DNA from: Octopus bimaculoides
Lineage: Eukaryota
Length of the DNA stretch: 63,886 nucleotides
Assembly: GCF_001194135.2 (NCBI RefSeq)
Contig: NC_068990.1
Coordinates: forward strand, 7,238,742-7,302,627
Reading direction: 5' to 3'
In this document: positions 1 through 13,799 of the stretch, piece by piece
How the letters are laid out: each line of letters starts with the position of its first letter
Numbering within the stretch: the first letter of the stretch is position 1
Notes under the pieces: model-generated
The model's input: only the letters and a program-made list of their open reading frames with translations
Database searches by the model: none
Told to the model about the DNA's origin: nothing
Program-made: the position numbers and the translations under genes

Positions 1-51
<51 letters not shown>

Positions 52-57
52 TATATA
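1..57. repeat. (AT)n microsatellite
   Basis: Directly visible. Confidence 0.95.
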
Positions 58-1081
58 ATTTCTTGTGTTATGTCTAGGTAACTTGCACACATTTCCCTAT
101 TCTCAGGAAGCTTTGGCTCTGAACTTCCCTTTCACCTACTTCCTAAGACATATTGAGGGTATAGTGTTACAAGAGAAAGAAGCACATAGAACACTTGAAG
201 GCAAAAGGGATGTACACAATAGCTTTGTTTATTGAGACTATTAGGTAGGGAATTGTTTAAGACCCACTTGGGTATATTATTTTTCCTCATAATGTGTTTT
301 TTCTTTTTCGTTGATTAATACATTTTCAACAACAACAAAATGAAAAGCAATCATCAAATATGGACCCTCCCATAATGACCATGATTATGATGAATTATAA
401 CTTTGCTACAAGAACATCCACTTAGAGGAGAAGGCATTGTTACTTTGATGATCCAAGTAGTTGACTGATACAATCCTGAAGAACGAAAATCACGGGCAAC
501 ACCAGTAGGGTTTTAATATGAAGGTGTGTTACTAAATACTGCAAGGCATTTTGTCCATCAATTTCCCAAAGTGATTTTTTAACTTATCATAAAGACACAC
601 ATTTTTGAGAAATTTATAAGATTCAATTACTTTTTATTGTCTAATCAAATCAGTGTTAACACTTTGTATTTGAACATAGGAGACAGTGTGATACATGTAG
701 ACAAAGTAAGATATTTACTTTGATATTCTACCATATTTGACAACTTGTAACTTATGAGATAATTGAACTTCTCTACACTTACTTGGTCTACTAAAAACAG
801 TAGCCAAATCTCTCTCAAATCACCCTGTATTGGTCTTAAATATAGAGGAATACATAATGATTTCTATGAATAAGGTAAAATGGTCACTCATAGTATGAAT
901 TTACTCTTAGATCTGCTCTAACTAGGATGACCTGGGGTTAAGAAAACTTAATATCTTTGTGATAATAATCTTGCTTGTTTTGTTTTTGCATGTTCACTTG
1001 ACATAAAAAAATTAAGTTCAAATCAAAACATGTCCTTCCTATTAATATGTCAAGATTTTTACTGAGGTAACACTAATTATT

Positions 1082-1152
1082 TACTCTTTTACTCTTTTAC
1101 TCTTTTATTTGTTTCAGTCATTTGACTGCGGCCATGCCGGAGCACCGCCTTT
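1082..1152 (-). mobile_element. SINE family A, 3' fragment
   Basis: (TTTTACTC)3 followed by gtttcagtcatttgactgcggccatg. Confidence 0.8.
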
Positions 1153-1785
1153 AAGTATTTCAAAATGCCTTTGATGTTAAAGAAATTTGACAGTTCTTTT
1201 CCCTTTTAATTTAAATAGAAAGTATTGCATGATAATCTAACTGACATTTTAGAAAACAAAAATGCAATTAACAAAGATTAGTTTGGAAAAAGTTTCAAGA
1301 ATGTGACATTTTTGCAGCAGCATTAGCACCGTTATTGTTAGTAGACGTGGTAGTGTTGTGTTGTTGTATCTAATATTATAGACTGTCACACAAGGTTTTA
1401 TTTAAAATAAACAATAAATAACAAAAAAAAAAAAGAGAAAAAAACATGTCATCTGAAAGCTGCTCAACTTGCTAAGGATTTTGCTACATGAGGAAGCAAT
1501 CTACTTACTTCTACATTACATCAACTTACCTTATTCAGATCAACTAAAAATAATATTTCAGATAAACTAGCATTCTGTCCTGGGAAAGATTCCTTCATTA
1601 TCTTCAGAACTCCAGACATGAACCTAGAGATGAGAAGCTACCTTAGAACTGTTTTAGGGATTAAGGAACAATATATTTATACCTATAAGTTGAAAAACAA
1701 GCTATCAAGAAAGCCTGTACATGTTCATTGTACAATTTTCCCTTGAATTGTACACAACTATCTTAAATAACAAAAGGACACATAG

Positions 1786-2220
1786 ATAGGCGTAGGAGTG
1801 GCTGTGTGGTAAGTAGCTTGCTTACCAACCACATGGTCCCGGGTTCAGTCCCACTGTGTGCCATCTTGGGCAAGTGTCTTCTACTATAGCCTCGGGCCGA
1901 CCAAAGCCTTGTGAGTGGATTCGGTAGACGGAAACTGAAAGAAGCCCGTCATATATATGTATATATGTATGTGTTTNNNNNNNNNNTCATATATATGTAT
2001 ATATGTATGTGTTTGTGCGTCTGTGTTTGTCCCCCCAACATCGCTTGACAACCAATGCTGGTGTGTTTACGTTCCCGTAACTTAGCAGTTCGGCAAAAGA
2101 GGCCGATAGAATAAGTACTAGGCTTCTAAAGAATAAGTCCTGGGGTCGATTTACTTCAATAAAGGTGGTGCTCCAGCATGGCCACAGTCAAAAGACTGAA
2201 ACAAGTAAAAGAGTAAGAGT
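1786..2220 (+). mobile_element. tRNA-derived SINE family A
   Basis: A box TGGCTGTGTGG, B-box-like GGTTCAGTCCC, TTGGGCAAGTGTC core, internal microsatellite, (GTAAAAGA)-type tail. Confidence 0.88.
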
Positions 2221-3240
2221 ATACATGTAAGATAATGCAGTCCTAGATACATTTAAAAAGATAGGATGGTCACAACTGGAATGCTTCTTATCAGTTTTTT
2301 TGCAAAGTCAGGATTGAGTTGGGTTCTAATTATCTACAATGACAATGATTTGTATCCAGACTCTACTGCACTCTGGCTTTAGCTACGGTGTTTAACTTTT
2401 ACTCATTTACTATATCTACAAATAGACAATGTAAGGAATTGAAATAATGTATAATTTTTGATCATCATGTAAGCTTGTGTATCTATGCATAAATGTCATG
2501 GTGGTTATGGAAAACCACACTGGTATAAGTTTTCTTGCAATACTAAGCTCAAAGAAGCTCTTCCACACTTATTGGATTATTGAACATAAATATTTTTATT
2601 GTTGAATCCCTACTAGTTCCCAATCTTTATTAATTTATATGGAAGCCTATGAAATGTAATTACCAAATAGTTCTGCTTGTGAAAGAATATTTAAAAACAC
2701 ATAACATATCTGTATATATTGTGGCAAAATATCATTTAGTTGCAGCTTTCTTGTGATATAGAACTAGTAATAAACCATGTTGTATGGCTGCAGACACAGA
2801 TCTGACAAATGTAAACACTAATAAATGATGCAGAATGTTATGCAGCATGTTTACCAAACAATTCAATGAGTGGAGTTACAAATGATATTTACACACTTGA
2901 AACATATTTATACTTACTTAATGCAACTTTTATTACTTAAATTTATTAGACCTACATATGTGACTTGTTTATTAGTAGTTTTACATTATTATTTTTAAAG
3001 ATGTTATGTACTTACACAATTTAGTTTAATGAAGTGGGAAATTAGTTCTTGAAACCAGAAGGCGTGTCAAAATGCAAATATTTACAGATGCTACTCCAAT
3101 GCCATATTTCGCAAAGCTTAATCACATTTTAAATATGTTAATATGTCAAAAGTATTAACGGTGCATACCTTCTGATTCCAAATAATTTATTGATTATTTT
3201 TATATATTTTATATCTGAGAGGTTACGTTGTTGTTTGGCA

Positions 3241-3480
3241 ACATCATCATCATCATCATCATCATCATCATTTAATGTCCATTGTCCATTGTCCATGCTG
3301 GTATGGGTTGGACAGTTTGACCTGAGCTGGGGAGCTGCACCAGACTCCAGTCTGGTTTGCCATGGTTTCTTTGGCTGGATGCCCTTCTGAACATCGACCA
3401 TGTTTCAGAATGTGTTGGGTGCTTTCAAATGGCACTTCATGGGCATTTTTACATGCCACTACATAGGCACTCTAATGTGG
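3241..3480 (-). mobile_element. Retroposon family D 3' end, (GAT)n tail
   Basis: (CAT)n then ccatgctggtatgggttggac...ctggatgcccttc. Confidence 0.72.
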
Positions 3481-3529
3481 CAATGCATGGGTGTTTTTAT
3501 ATGGCACTGCCATGAGTGCTTTACAGTGC

Positions 3530-4620
3530 ATCTTGTACAGATGTTTAAGTCAGTCCCTATTAAAACAAGATCAGTGTTGCTTGATCTCATTAAGACCACC
3601 TGGGAGAGTGCCTCCATTCCAAAGGACTGGGCTAAGGGACTATGTGAAATTTTCCAAGAAAGAAATAACAGAACAGCAACAACTGTTCTAGTATCATAGG
3701 CCTTTCCATCTCTAGCAATGTTTTCTGCTGATTTCTTTTCCTACAGATTAACATTTGTGAATAAACTGAAGAAAGGTTGAGCAGAGGATGCATTGATCAG
3801 ATCTTTGAATATCATCAAACAATGCTTTGAACTATTCCATTGTACATCAATTTTAAGAATTTTAGAAAGGTTTCTGACAGTCTGCACAAACATTTAGAAG
3901 ATGTTGAGGTCATATGGAGATCATCAGCTTAATAAATCTCTTCTTTGACCCTTTCACAAGCGGTTTGAAGTGTGATCCTGTGTAAGACCATATCAAATGA
4001 TCACACAAGCATCCACTGGGCTCTTTTCTTCTGTGGATGACTGGGCAACACTTCTCAAAAAGAGGTGATCTCCATGAAAACATCTTAACAACAATAACCT
4101 CAAAACAACAACAATCTCAAGACAACAACAAGCCACAACCTTCAGTAACACTGCAACTGTCACTCTTAACCACTAAACTATCTGAAGAATTTCACATATT
4201 TTAAGAAAAAAAGTAAAAAATGGACAATTAGCAAGGTTTATTAAAGTTCATGGGACACGTGAAGGACTTCAGATGATTTGAAAGTCAAGACAAAGAGTGT
4301 GAGGACTAAGACAGACAAGTCTTCAAAGGAGACATGAATCAGATAAATGTTTTCCGTAGTGTGTGCTTGATAAAAACTTGCTACATCTTCTGGCCCAGCA
4401 AAGTATCAAATAAAGAACTGTACCACAACTAAGCTGCTTACTATAATGCAGTCCTTGAAATAAATTTCCAGTGGCTCAGATGGCTTGGTCATGCAACTTA
4501 AAATACTAACAGTATTATCAAGATGGAAATCTGAAAAGGCAAAAGCCTGATATAGAACAGCTGAAAGCAAGATGAGAAAAACAGATAGAGTAAAATGTAA
4601 GGGTGTGATAAAGATTAGTT
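3530..4620 (+). mobile_element. Highly decayed RTE-like LINE reverse transcriptase remnant
   Basis: TWESASIPKDWAKG (cf. W..E.IP.DW..G) and a downstream LRWLGH-like motif. Confidence 0.55.
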
Positions 4621-7600
4621 TGAATGGTGTTGAATCCTTGAACTCTTACTTGGCAGTTCGGTAGAAAGGGGATTAATAATGAATATAACTTTTATACATT
4701 CATACATAACTTTCAACTAAGTATGATTTAACATGCACGCATGCACAAACACACACGTGCACATGCACTTATGTACTCCTTACAACATTCTCCTATGGAA
4801 AACTATGTGTAGAAATGCAGTTCCTGAATTGTTGAGATTATTTTTTGAAACGTCAAATAAATAAGAGAATCATACCTTAACCATCTGGCAAACACTTTAA
4901 TATTGTGTGTTACTGAAAAATAGTGAATTCATAGTATCTGCAATATTTAGTTACATCCGTCTATTTTCTGAGTTCAGACCTGCTGAAGTCAATTTTGCCT
5001 TTCATTCTTACGGGGTTAATGAAATAAAGTACTTTTTGAGTACCGGGTGAATATAATTGACAATAATTTGTGAATTTGTGTATGTTAGAAATCAATATTA
5101 TGTATTGTTAAATATGACACATACATACATAATACATACATACGTACGTACAAATATACATACATGCATACATATACTAGCTTAAAAGCTGCACTCTGTG
5201 TGGACTATTAAGCTAGCTATTGCAGAGGGGTCCAAAACTGAGGAGAGCTAAACAGCATGACTATACTATGTCTCTAATGACTGTATATCCCGGTAGTATT
5301 TAATCACAGGTTAAGGACAGATGAGAATTAATTCTGTAATGCAAACATTCTATTGTTTCTGTTGTTAGTTGAATTCCAATTGTTGGCCAAACTATTGGTA
5401 CAAAAATTGTTCAGTAGGATTACAGTATTGTTATTGTTGCTTAGCCCCATGTTAGTGCTGAATGAATATACTTGAAATCGAAAATATTTCCATCTTGACC
5501 TCAGAACAGTTCACCCATAACTGCATTATTGACTGTGTTATTCTTTTAAGATTTGAGGAATTTTGGTTGCTATTTCTAGTAGATTGGGTGACCATGTGGA
5601 GGCATGATTATGTAGAGGCTGCCAATCCATATAGCATATAAAATTAATATGTTTAAAAAGCCAGAAAGACTAAGGTCAATGCTATCAATTGTAATTTCCT
5701 CTTCTGTGAAGTCCATGTTTAGATGATGAGGTTTAATAACACTGAAACATACCCAGATTTAATTAGAATAGTATTAGTCATTAGGCTAATGTTCTCTTCT
5801 CCTCACCACATTAATGATTCTAATTAAATATGCTCCCATCTACTGATATCATACTGAAGGTGCCTCTGAGGATTTTAAGTGCGGTGTTGGGCTATAAAAA
5901 AATACAGCATAATTGTTGAAATTCTAATTTTACTGACTCTTAACTTCCTCTTTAGGTGGAATAGCTTCTCAATATTTACATACATTTCAGTGTAGAGATA
6001 AATATTGACAAATTTATCCTGAAAGATGAGATTAATAATCACAAACATTTATATATTTAACCTAAGCTTAGCTCTGATCAAGTAGCTCGTTGTCCATCCC
6101 AAATCATCTGCAACAAAATGCTGATTAACTGAACTATGTTATAAAACATACCGCTCTATGACATGTGTGTTTTGTATAATTTTTAGCATCAATACTGAGG
6201 TATTAATTGAGGGAGTCTCATCAGTAAAGTCAGTTGAACAAGACAGGACACCCCAATAAGGCTTACCTAAAGCTTGTGGGGGAAAATATAAGACTTCAGA
6301 GAATCTGGAAATATATGTAATACTTTGGATATTATTAAAGTAACATCAAATTTGTCTTGATGAATAGCACTATATGATAGCAAATGATAAAAAGAAACAT
6401 GAAGAAGATGAATGCTGTAGATTTCATGTTTTTTATCTTTCATGGTGTGTTTAAGCTCATGCCCTCCAAACTGTATTAATTCTTTGTTGGTAAGCAGCTA
6501 CATAGAGGATTCTTCGAAGAAGAGGACTAGAAAGTTGATAAAGAATAATCCTTCATAGCAGAGAGTCAATGATATTCAATTTGCTATATTCAGCTATAAA
6601 CAGAAGTTGGTAAATTCACTCATCTGACTAAATACTTTACTAAACTTTTACTTTCTACAGACAGATGAATTATAATATGAAATTTAATTGCTTAATTTTC
6701 AGAAGTAGATAAGCTAAATAATAATTTGATAATTTTTTTGAGATGCTTTGAAATTGAATTGAATTTAGCAGAATATATCTGTTAATTTCAATTAACAAAT
6801 GTGAATTTTACATTTTCTTTGTGCTTTGATTGTTATTGTTTTAGTTAGGTTGTGTAACTGCTGGTGAACATTAACAAAGCCAACAATATCTTGTTGTCAC
6901 TTGTGCTTCTTGATGAAAAGCTTATGTTGGTCACTAATTAATTTTAATTTTATCATCACATATTTAAATATACTTTGCCTTTCCAATGATCTTCCAAAAC
7001 TTAAATATATGATAATTTTACCTGTATAACAGAACTGGTTGGTCTTGTGCCTCCTCTACTCAAATTCTCTCAACTCATTCCTCCTTCTCCTCCTCTCATG
7101 ACTTGTGTCATGCCCACCAGAACTAATATTAACCATATTTCCCAGTCCTTTGTTCTGATGAAATCATTCAACTGGAATTTCCTCTCTGCACACGTTTTTC
7201 TTGCAATCAATCTCACCAGTCTTCAAGAATTAACATAAGAAGAGCAAAAATGAAAACAATTATAAATATGACTGAGAAAAGATGGTAGCTTTTCTTTATT
7301 AACTATAGATGCGTCATAACAAATAATATATTTTTTTGCACTAGATAAAAAAAAGATAAGCATCTTCAACTTTGAATTGTATATATTTTTGTACAATTCA
7401 GTATTTTTTGTTGAGCAATGTTTTATGTAATATATTAGGCTGTTTCATCTCAATGCATTATTGGTATGGCGTTTTTATCAGTGACTTTAATAGTGTGAGA
7501 TCTTGGAATTGGCAATGAACTTTGGTGCCTATGCTGTGTGTATTGAGTTAAAGTGATATTTCAAAATATTGACTTGCATCAAATGACGTTACCATTGGCT

Positions 7601-8823
7601 GAAAATAAATATTTAATAACAAATAAAAAAAAAGTGTTTAAACTACATTTATCCAGTGATGTGAAAATTAAAACAAAAACGAATCACTGATGAATCAGCA
7701 ATTTAAAAATTAAAACAAATTACTTCAGAACATGTCAGCACTGTATTAAATTCTAATGGTAGGTTAATGGAGTCATAAATATCAATAGGTTTGTTTCCAT
7801 TTCACTCAAGATGAAATAAAATTATGAGATTCTTCCAAGACTTGTATGTTATTGTCATTTTTTTTAATTCTCGGGTTTTAATTTGTAATAACAATCATTA
7901 GCAATTTGAATTTTCCTAATTTAATAGTAGTTTAAAGGATAAGGCAATTTAGTTAATGAAATTAAGCTGAATAACATTTAGAGTCATGTACATTACTCTA
8001 ATGATTGGAATTTTTAAAAGTGGTACAACTTGGCTGTCCTGACCTACTTGTTATTTGAAAGCTAGAGCATTGAGAATATGCATACAACAAATGATAAAGA
8101 AACAAGAGTATGGACACAAAACTACAGCTCTGGAACAGAATGAAGACAAATCATCAACAGCTGAATAAATTCTGATTTATTTCAACTTGAAATAATTTAG
8201 CATCTTCAGATTCAAATTATAGTTTACTTATGTCTGAATGTCAATGTGGAAGAAATACATTCAACATGTAACATGTTACATATGTAATATGATATGAGAA
8301 ACATTACTTCAGCTTTATCTATTGAATTAATATACTGAATATTTTAATAATGACCATCCCAAAATACAACATGACAAATGATTCTTCATCAGAAACTTGT
8401 TAAAATAGATTATTTGACTGAAAACTGCAACAAAAATGTTTAGCTATACTATATTAGTGATAGCATGTGTAATTTATCTAGATACTGATATAAGCTGGGG
8501 GTAGGAAGTTAGAAATTGATATCGCTGTAAATAGGACTTCAAAAAGTGGTCAATTTATCAACTATTCCTCTTTAGAATAATAGTCGGTTGTTATAAGCAA
8601 TACTTTTTGATCTTTATTGATATTTTGAAGTATGGAATTGGTTTGTTACAAGTGATGCAAATAGTAAATAGTAACAATATAATAGCAATGAGAATGAATA
8701 AGATAACATGTGTCAATTTATATTGTGACAAAATAATATTCTTGAAATTTGTGAAGGTTAGTGTACTGTATAATTTGTATTTAATTTGAATCACCAACTA
8801 AACAGAACTTATTCTATTTGCAG

Positions 8824-8958
8824 GTTCACTATGATTTTGGTCTGAGAAATATTTTGTCTGTATTGAGAATTCTTGGTTCAAGTAAAAGAGAAAACCAGCA
8901 AGACAGTGAAGCCACTATTGTAATGAGAGTTCTTAGAGACATGAACTTGTCAAAACTG
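8824..8958 (+). CDS. DNAH5: Dynein HC exon 1 in window (VHYDFGLRN...DMNLSKL)
   Basis: ttgcag acceptor, gtgggt donor, 135 nt, phase 0/0. Confidence 0.95.
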
Positions 8959-10870
8959 GTGGGTTATTTCCATATTGTCTTAAAATCCTTTTATTGTTTT
9001 CTGCATTGGAATGTAGCCATGCTGAGCACCACTTTTAGAAGCTTTAAGAGATTCTGTTGAGTATGGCACTTATTTTGGTCTGGTAATTATTTTATTGACC
9101 TGTATTTGTATGTAGTTATAGTTATCTTTTCTACACAATACTGTTGGTGTTGTGACAAACATGGACATAAACACAGAAACTGGAAAATAAACACCAGAAA
9201 ATAGTGTGTTCAGAAAGATGTCCCAGTTGAAAAGAAATAAAATGGTGAAGAAGTGGAGGTGAATTGCATTCTGAGAAAGTAAGAGTAGAGAGAGAAGGAA
9301 AGAAAGATAAATGAATATATATACATACATGTATATCATGATCATCATCATCGATTAACGTCTGTTTTCCATGCTGGCATGGGTTGGATGGTTTGACTGA
9401 AGTTTGAAGAGCCAGTGACTGCACCAAGCTCCACTCTGGTCTGGCAGAGTTTCTGCAGCTGGATGCCCTTCCGAGAGAGGGGGGGGGTAAGGAAGAGAGA
9501 GTAGGATAAAAATGGCTGTGTGCATTGGTGATCATAGAATAAGAAATTAAGCACAAAAAAAAAATCTACTCTGACAGTTCTCGTCCCTGCTTAGAATTGC
9601 ACCCAGGCTAACATAATCCATATCTTCTATTAACTCTGTGTTGTATGTAAGGGTTGGCTTTCCATCATCCATGTAGTCCCACTTGTGGAATGATAGGAGT
9701 ACCATGCAACATTCTAATAATGATAATAATAATAATAATAATAATAATAATAGTATTAATTGAGAAAGAAAGCAAATGATGCTGGATCATGATAGTGTTA
9801 ATTGAGAAAGAAAGCAATCTGTCAATTGTAAATAACTTAAATATTGTACATAATTCCTCATCTCTTAAATATAGAACTGAATAATAATAAGATTAAGATT
9901 AATGTAATATAAAGCTGAAGCAAATTAACACCAAATACACAGTGCGCGTGTTTTTATTGGCTAAACTGGCAATATGACCATCCCCAAGTACAACAACATC
10001 TGTTTCAACACACAATTTCACATCAAAAATCTTGCAAAACAAATATGTGAATAATAATAGTTAATAATAATCTTTTCTACTCTGGGCACAAGACCTGGAA
10101 ATTGTTGGGAGAAAGATAGTCTATTACATCAACCCCAGTACTTAACGGCTACTTAACTTATCGACCCTGAAAGGATGAAATGCAAAGTCGGCCTCTGCAG
10201 AATTTGTATAGAGTGGCAGATGAAATACTGCTAAGCATTTCATCTGGCATGCTAATGATTCTGCCAGATCACCACTTAAATAATAATAATAATAATAATG
10301 ATAATAATAATAATAAAATGCCCTGATGCAGTACCAGGCAGTGACTCACGTGGCTTCTGATCTTAACTGATTGGAAGTGTTATCATGTACGTTGTTTTGT
10401 CTTGGTATAAAAGATGGGCTACAGCAAATATTCTGCTCAGTACCACAGATTTGCTTGTCAGTTGTTTGACCTTAACCAGTTGAGCATGTCCCTTGGTGGC
10501 TGACGATATGTGCATCTCTGATCAGGAGCAGAAGTAGTAGGGGAGCATCATAGCCATGTGCTGAGAAGAATTCTTTGGGGTTTGGATAATTCTTTGGAAA
10601 CATGGGTGTTTTGCTCAATATTCTTAAACAAACCTTATTCAGGGACCTTTTGAGCAGGATGGGCTACTCAACTTGAAGAAAATTCTAACTGGGCCCCACC
10701 TGCAAGGTCATGCACTGTTTATCTTGATACAAGATCACCATGTTGCGCACATATGGTTGTGATGCATGCGCCTGGTGTACCCTTATCAGACGGGTAGTCA
10801 TGATGGGTATATTGGACTTCGTATATTTTACCCCAGCGTCACTTTGATGGCATGCACTGCTCTCTCACTC

Positions 10871-10904
<34 letters not shown>

Positions 10905-12370
10905 GTAATATGTATGCATGTATATATGTATCTATGTATACACAACCACATGTACGCTGGGAAATGTTTCCTATTTTTTACATATCTTTTCAGTTATATG
11001 TATATAGCATATAACCTGACACATGGTCTACATAATGATATGTATTATTGAAGTCTTCCATTTTTTTTTCTTTTGCTACATTCAAATACATTTACTACCA
11101 ACATGTGTCACATATTTCACGTGTAATGCTTGTATGCATGCGTGGGTGTGTGTGGGTGTGAGTGTGAATTCATTTCACATGCCCAGATATTTTCCTCTTC
11201 ATATATTTACCTGTAAACAAAATAATGTGCATGCAGAGTGTCCTAATGTCTCTTTCTTCAGAAATTGTTTAAACATTTTTTAAATTTTTTATGTGTATGT
11301 ATTGACTAGGTTGATGAAGATGAGCCACTATTTATGTCTTTGATTGATGATTTGTTTCCTGGCATGAAACTCGAAAAAGCTGGTTATCCACAAATAGAAG
11401 CAGCTATCTGTAAACAAGTAAGTCATGTTCAACATTGCCATTTACCGGAAGTAAAATAATCTGTTTTGTTGTCACCCATAGTTATATTCATCTTCATGTC
11501 TCCTTCTTTGCTAATTTATTTCTTCACTCACCATCAATCAATTTCCAATATTATTACCTTTCTGAATGCCATCTATTTTCTCATTACATTGAATGTCCTC
11601 TTTTATTGTCTACTGAAATAGAGTAGTGGTACAAAATTCTTTTTCTTTATGAATACAAATTAAGAGACACAGAACAATGTACACGAATAAAGAGATAAAT
11701 CATAGTATGAGATTGAAATCTTGATCAAAAGGTTATGAGATAATTTTGATTTTAAATGTGAATAATTTCCTAACAGCTGAAAGAAATTATAAATGGAGAT
11801 ATAAAGAGTAAAATAGCTTCTTACATTCAAAAAGGTATTTCTAATGAAAGGAATCTATGAAATGAGAATTTTCTGTGTTATGCAGTATGTATCATTCCAT
11901 TACAGGTTACTGATAATGGTTTAATAGTTCATCCCCCATGGATTTTGAAACTGGTGCAGTTATATGAAACACAGAGTGTACGGCATGGCATGATGACATT
12001 AGGACCATCAGGAAGTGGTAAAACCAAATGTATCCACATGTTACAGAAGTCCCTTACTGCATGTGGTTTCCCCCACAAAGAAATGAGAATGAATCCTAAA
12101 GCCATTACAGCTCCACAAATGTTTGGTAGATTGGATGTTGCTACTAATGACTGGACAGATGGAATTTTCTCAACCCTCTGGAGAAAGACACTGAAATCCA
12201 AAAAGGTTAGTTTTCTTCATTAATTTTTAAGTGTTGATTATAAATTTGAGCTGTATATATTTGACAATTTAATAATGATGAAGAAATTCAGAATTATACA
12301 TCACTGATGCAGGAATTATGCAAAAGAACCAGTTCCACACTGCTATAATCATCATCATCACTGCCACAGC

Positions 12371-12435
<65 letters not shown>

Positions 12436-12479
12436 CCATCATCACCATCACCACCACCATCATCATCATCACCACCACC

Positions 12480-12513
<34 letters not shown>

Positions 12514-12641
12514 TCATCNNNNNNNNNNNNNNNNNNNNNNNNNNNNNNNNNNNNNNNNNNNNNNNNNNNNNNNNNNNNNNNNNNNNNNNNNNNNNNNNNN
12601 NNNNNNNNNNNNNNNNNNNNNNNNNNNNNNNNNNNNNCACC

Positions 12642-12675
<34 letters not shown>

Positions 12676-13764
12676 TCGATATTGCTGCCATGGCACTAAC
12701 CACAAATCATTAATGCCACCAATGTCACTGTTTTAGCGTCTGTTCCCCCCCCCCCATACTGGCTGGGATTATATGAATCTCCAAATGTAGCCAATTCCAA
12801 CATATCTTAATCTTTACTCTTCTTTTTCATGGCATACTAACATACATTAAATTTCCCCATTTTGTGGAGTTTCTTGCTCAGTATTAGCTAATGTAGATCA
12901 TCACTAATTTCTTCAGATTCTACTGTTTTAATGCTTCAGAAGAAAATTTTGTTGAGTATTTATTTCTGGAGTAAGAGTATGCAAGACATTTACAAGTATT
13001 ACATTCTTAACATGGAGATAACTTCTAAATCCTTTAAATGTGTTTTTGGGAAAAGAATATGCCATTTAACTTTAGTTAATCAGTTATGAAAATTAATAAA
13101 ATTATTAGTCATGGAGCTCCTCTACAAAAGAATCTTATTCTGCCCTAGCCCCTTCTCTCATACTTTAATCCCTCATCTCCTGAGCCTAAAGCTGCTCCCT
13201 AGTGCTGGTAGCATGAAAAAAGCTCTCAGTACTTGCTGTGAAATGGTTGACATTAGGAAGAGCATCCAGCTGCAGAAACCATACCAAGACAGACACTGGA
13301 ATACAATCCTGTCTTAGGATGCAATGAATTCTGCCAAACCATCCCAACTCTTGCCAACATAGAACATGAACTGGAACATGGAAGTTAAATGGTGGTAATG
13401 GAGAATGAAAAATGTCTTGATATGATCAACCTTGTTATATCTGTGGTATCTTAAAAATCATATACTTAATATTATAAAGACAGCATCGAATTGTAACAAT
13501 GGAATTGGTACGTGCACACATTTATACTAACCCTCTTTCATTAGTTTCTAGTCATTAGATTGTATCTATTCGACACACTGCTTTCAAGCATTTTTAGCTG
13601 ATTATATTATTCCTATTGCTCTGTCCAGGACATATTTTGTTCTTTTTACACACAAAAATGGCAAAGTGAGCTATAGCATAGGTTGATGGTTAGATGGTTT
13701 AGTTGCAGGCTGTTTCTGTTTGAGAGTATGTATTTCTTCCCATGTGGATACACCCACCACACAT

Positions 13765-13799
<35 letters not shown>

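Noticed and set aside
1949-2015. Direct repeat around a 10-N gap
   Set aside because: Identical sequence on both sides of a gap indicates overlapping contig ends (assembly artefact).
1-8823. An upstream dynein exon or a nested gene
   Set aside because: I found no sequence matching the expected preceding peptide (...LCEEQLSKQ) or any recognisable protein; treated as intron.
12269-12713. ORFs with poly-M/V/I/T tracts
   Set aside because: Translations of a CAT/CAC microsatellite and Ns.
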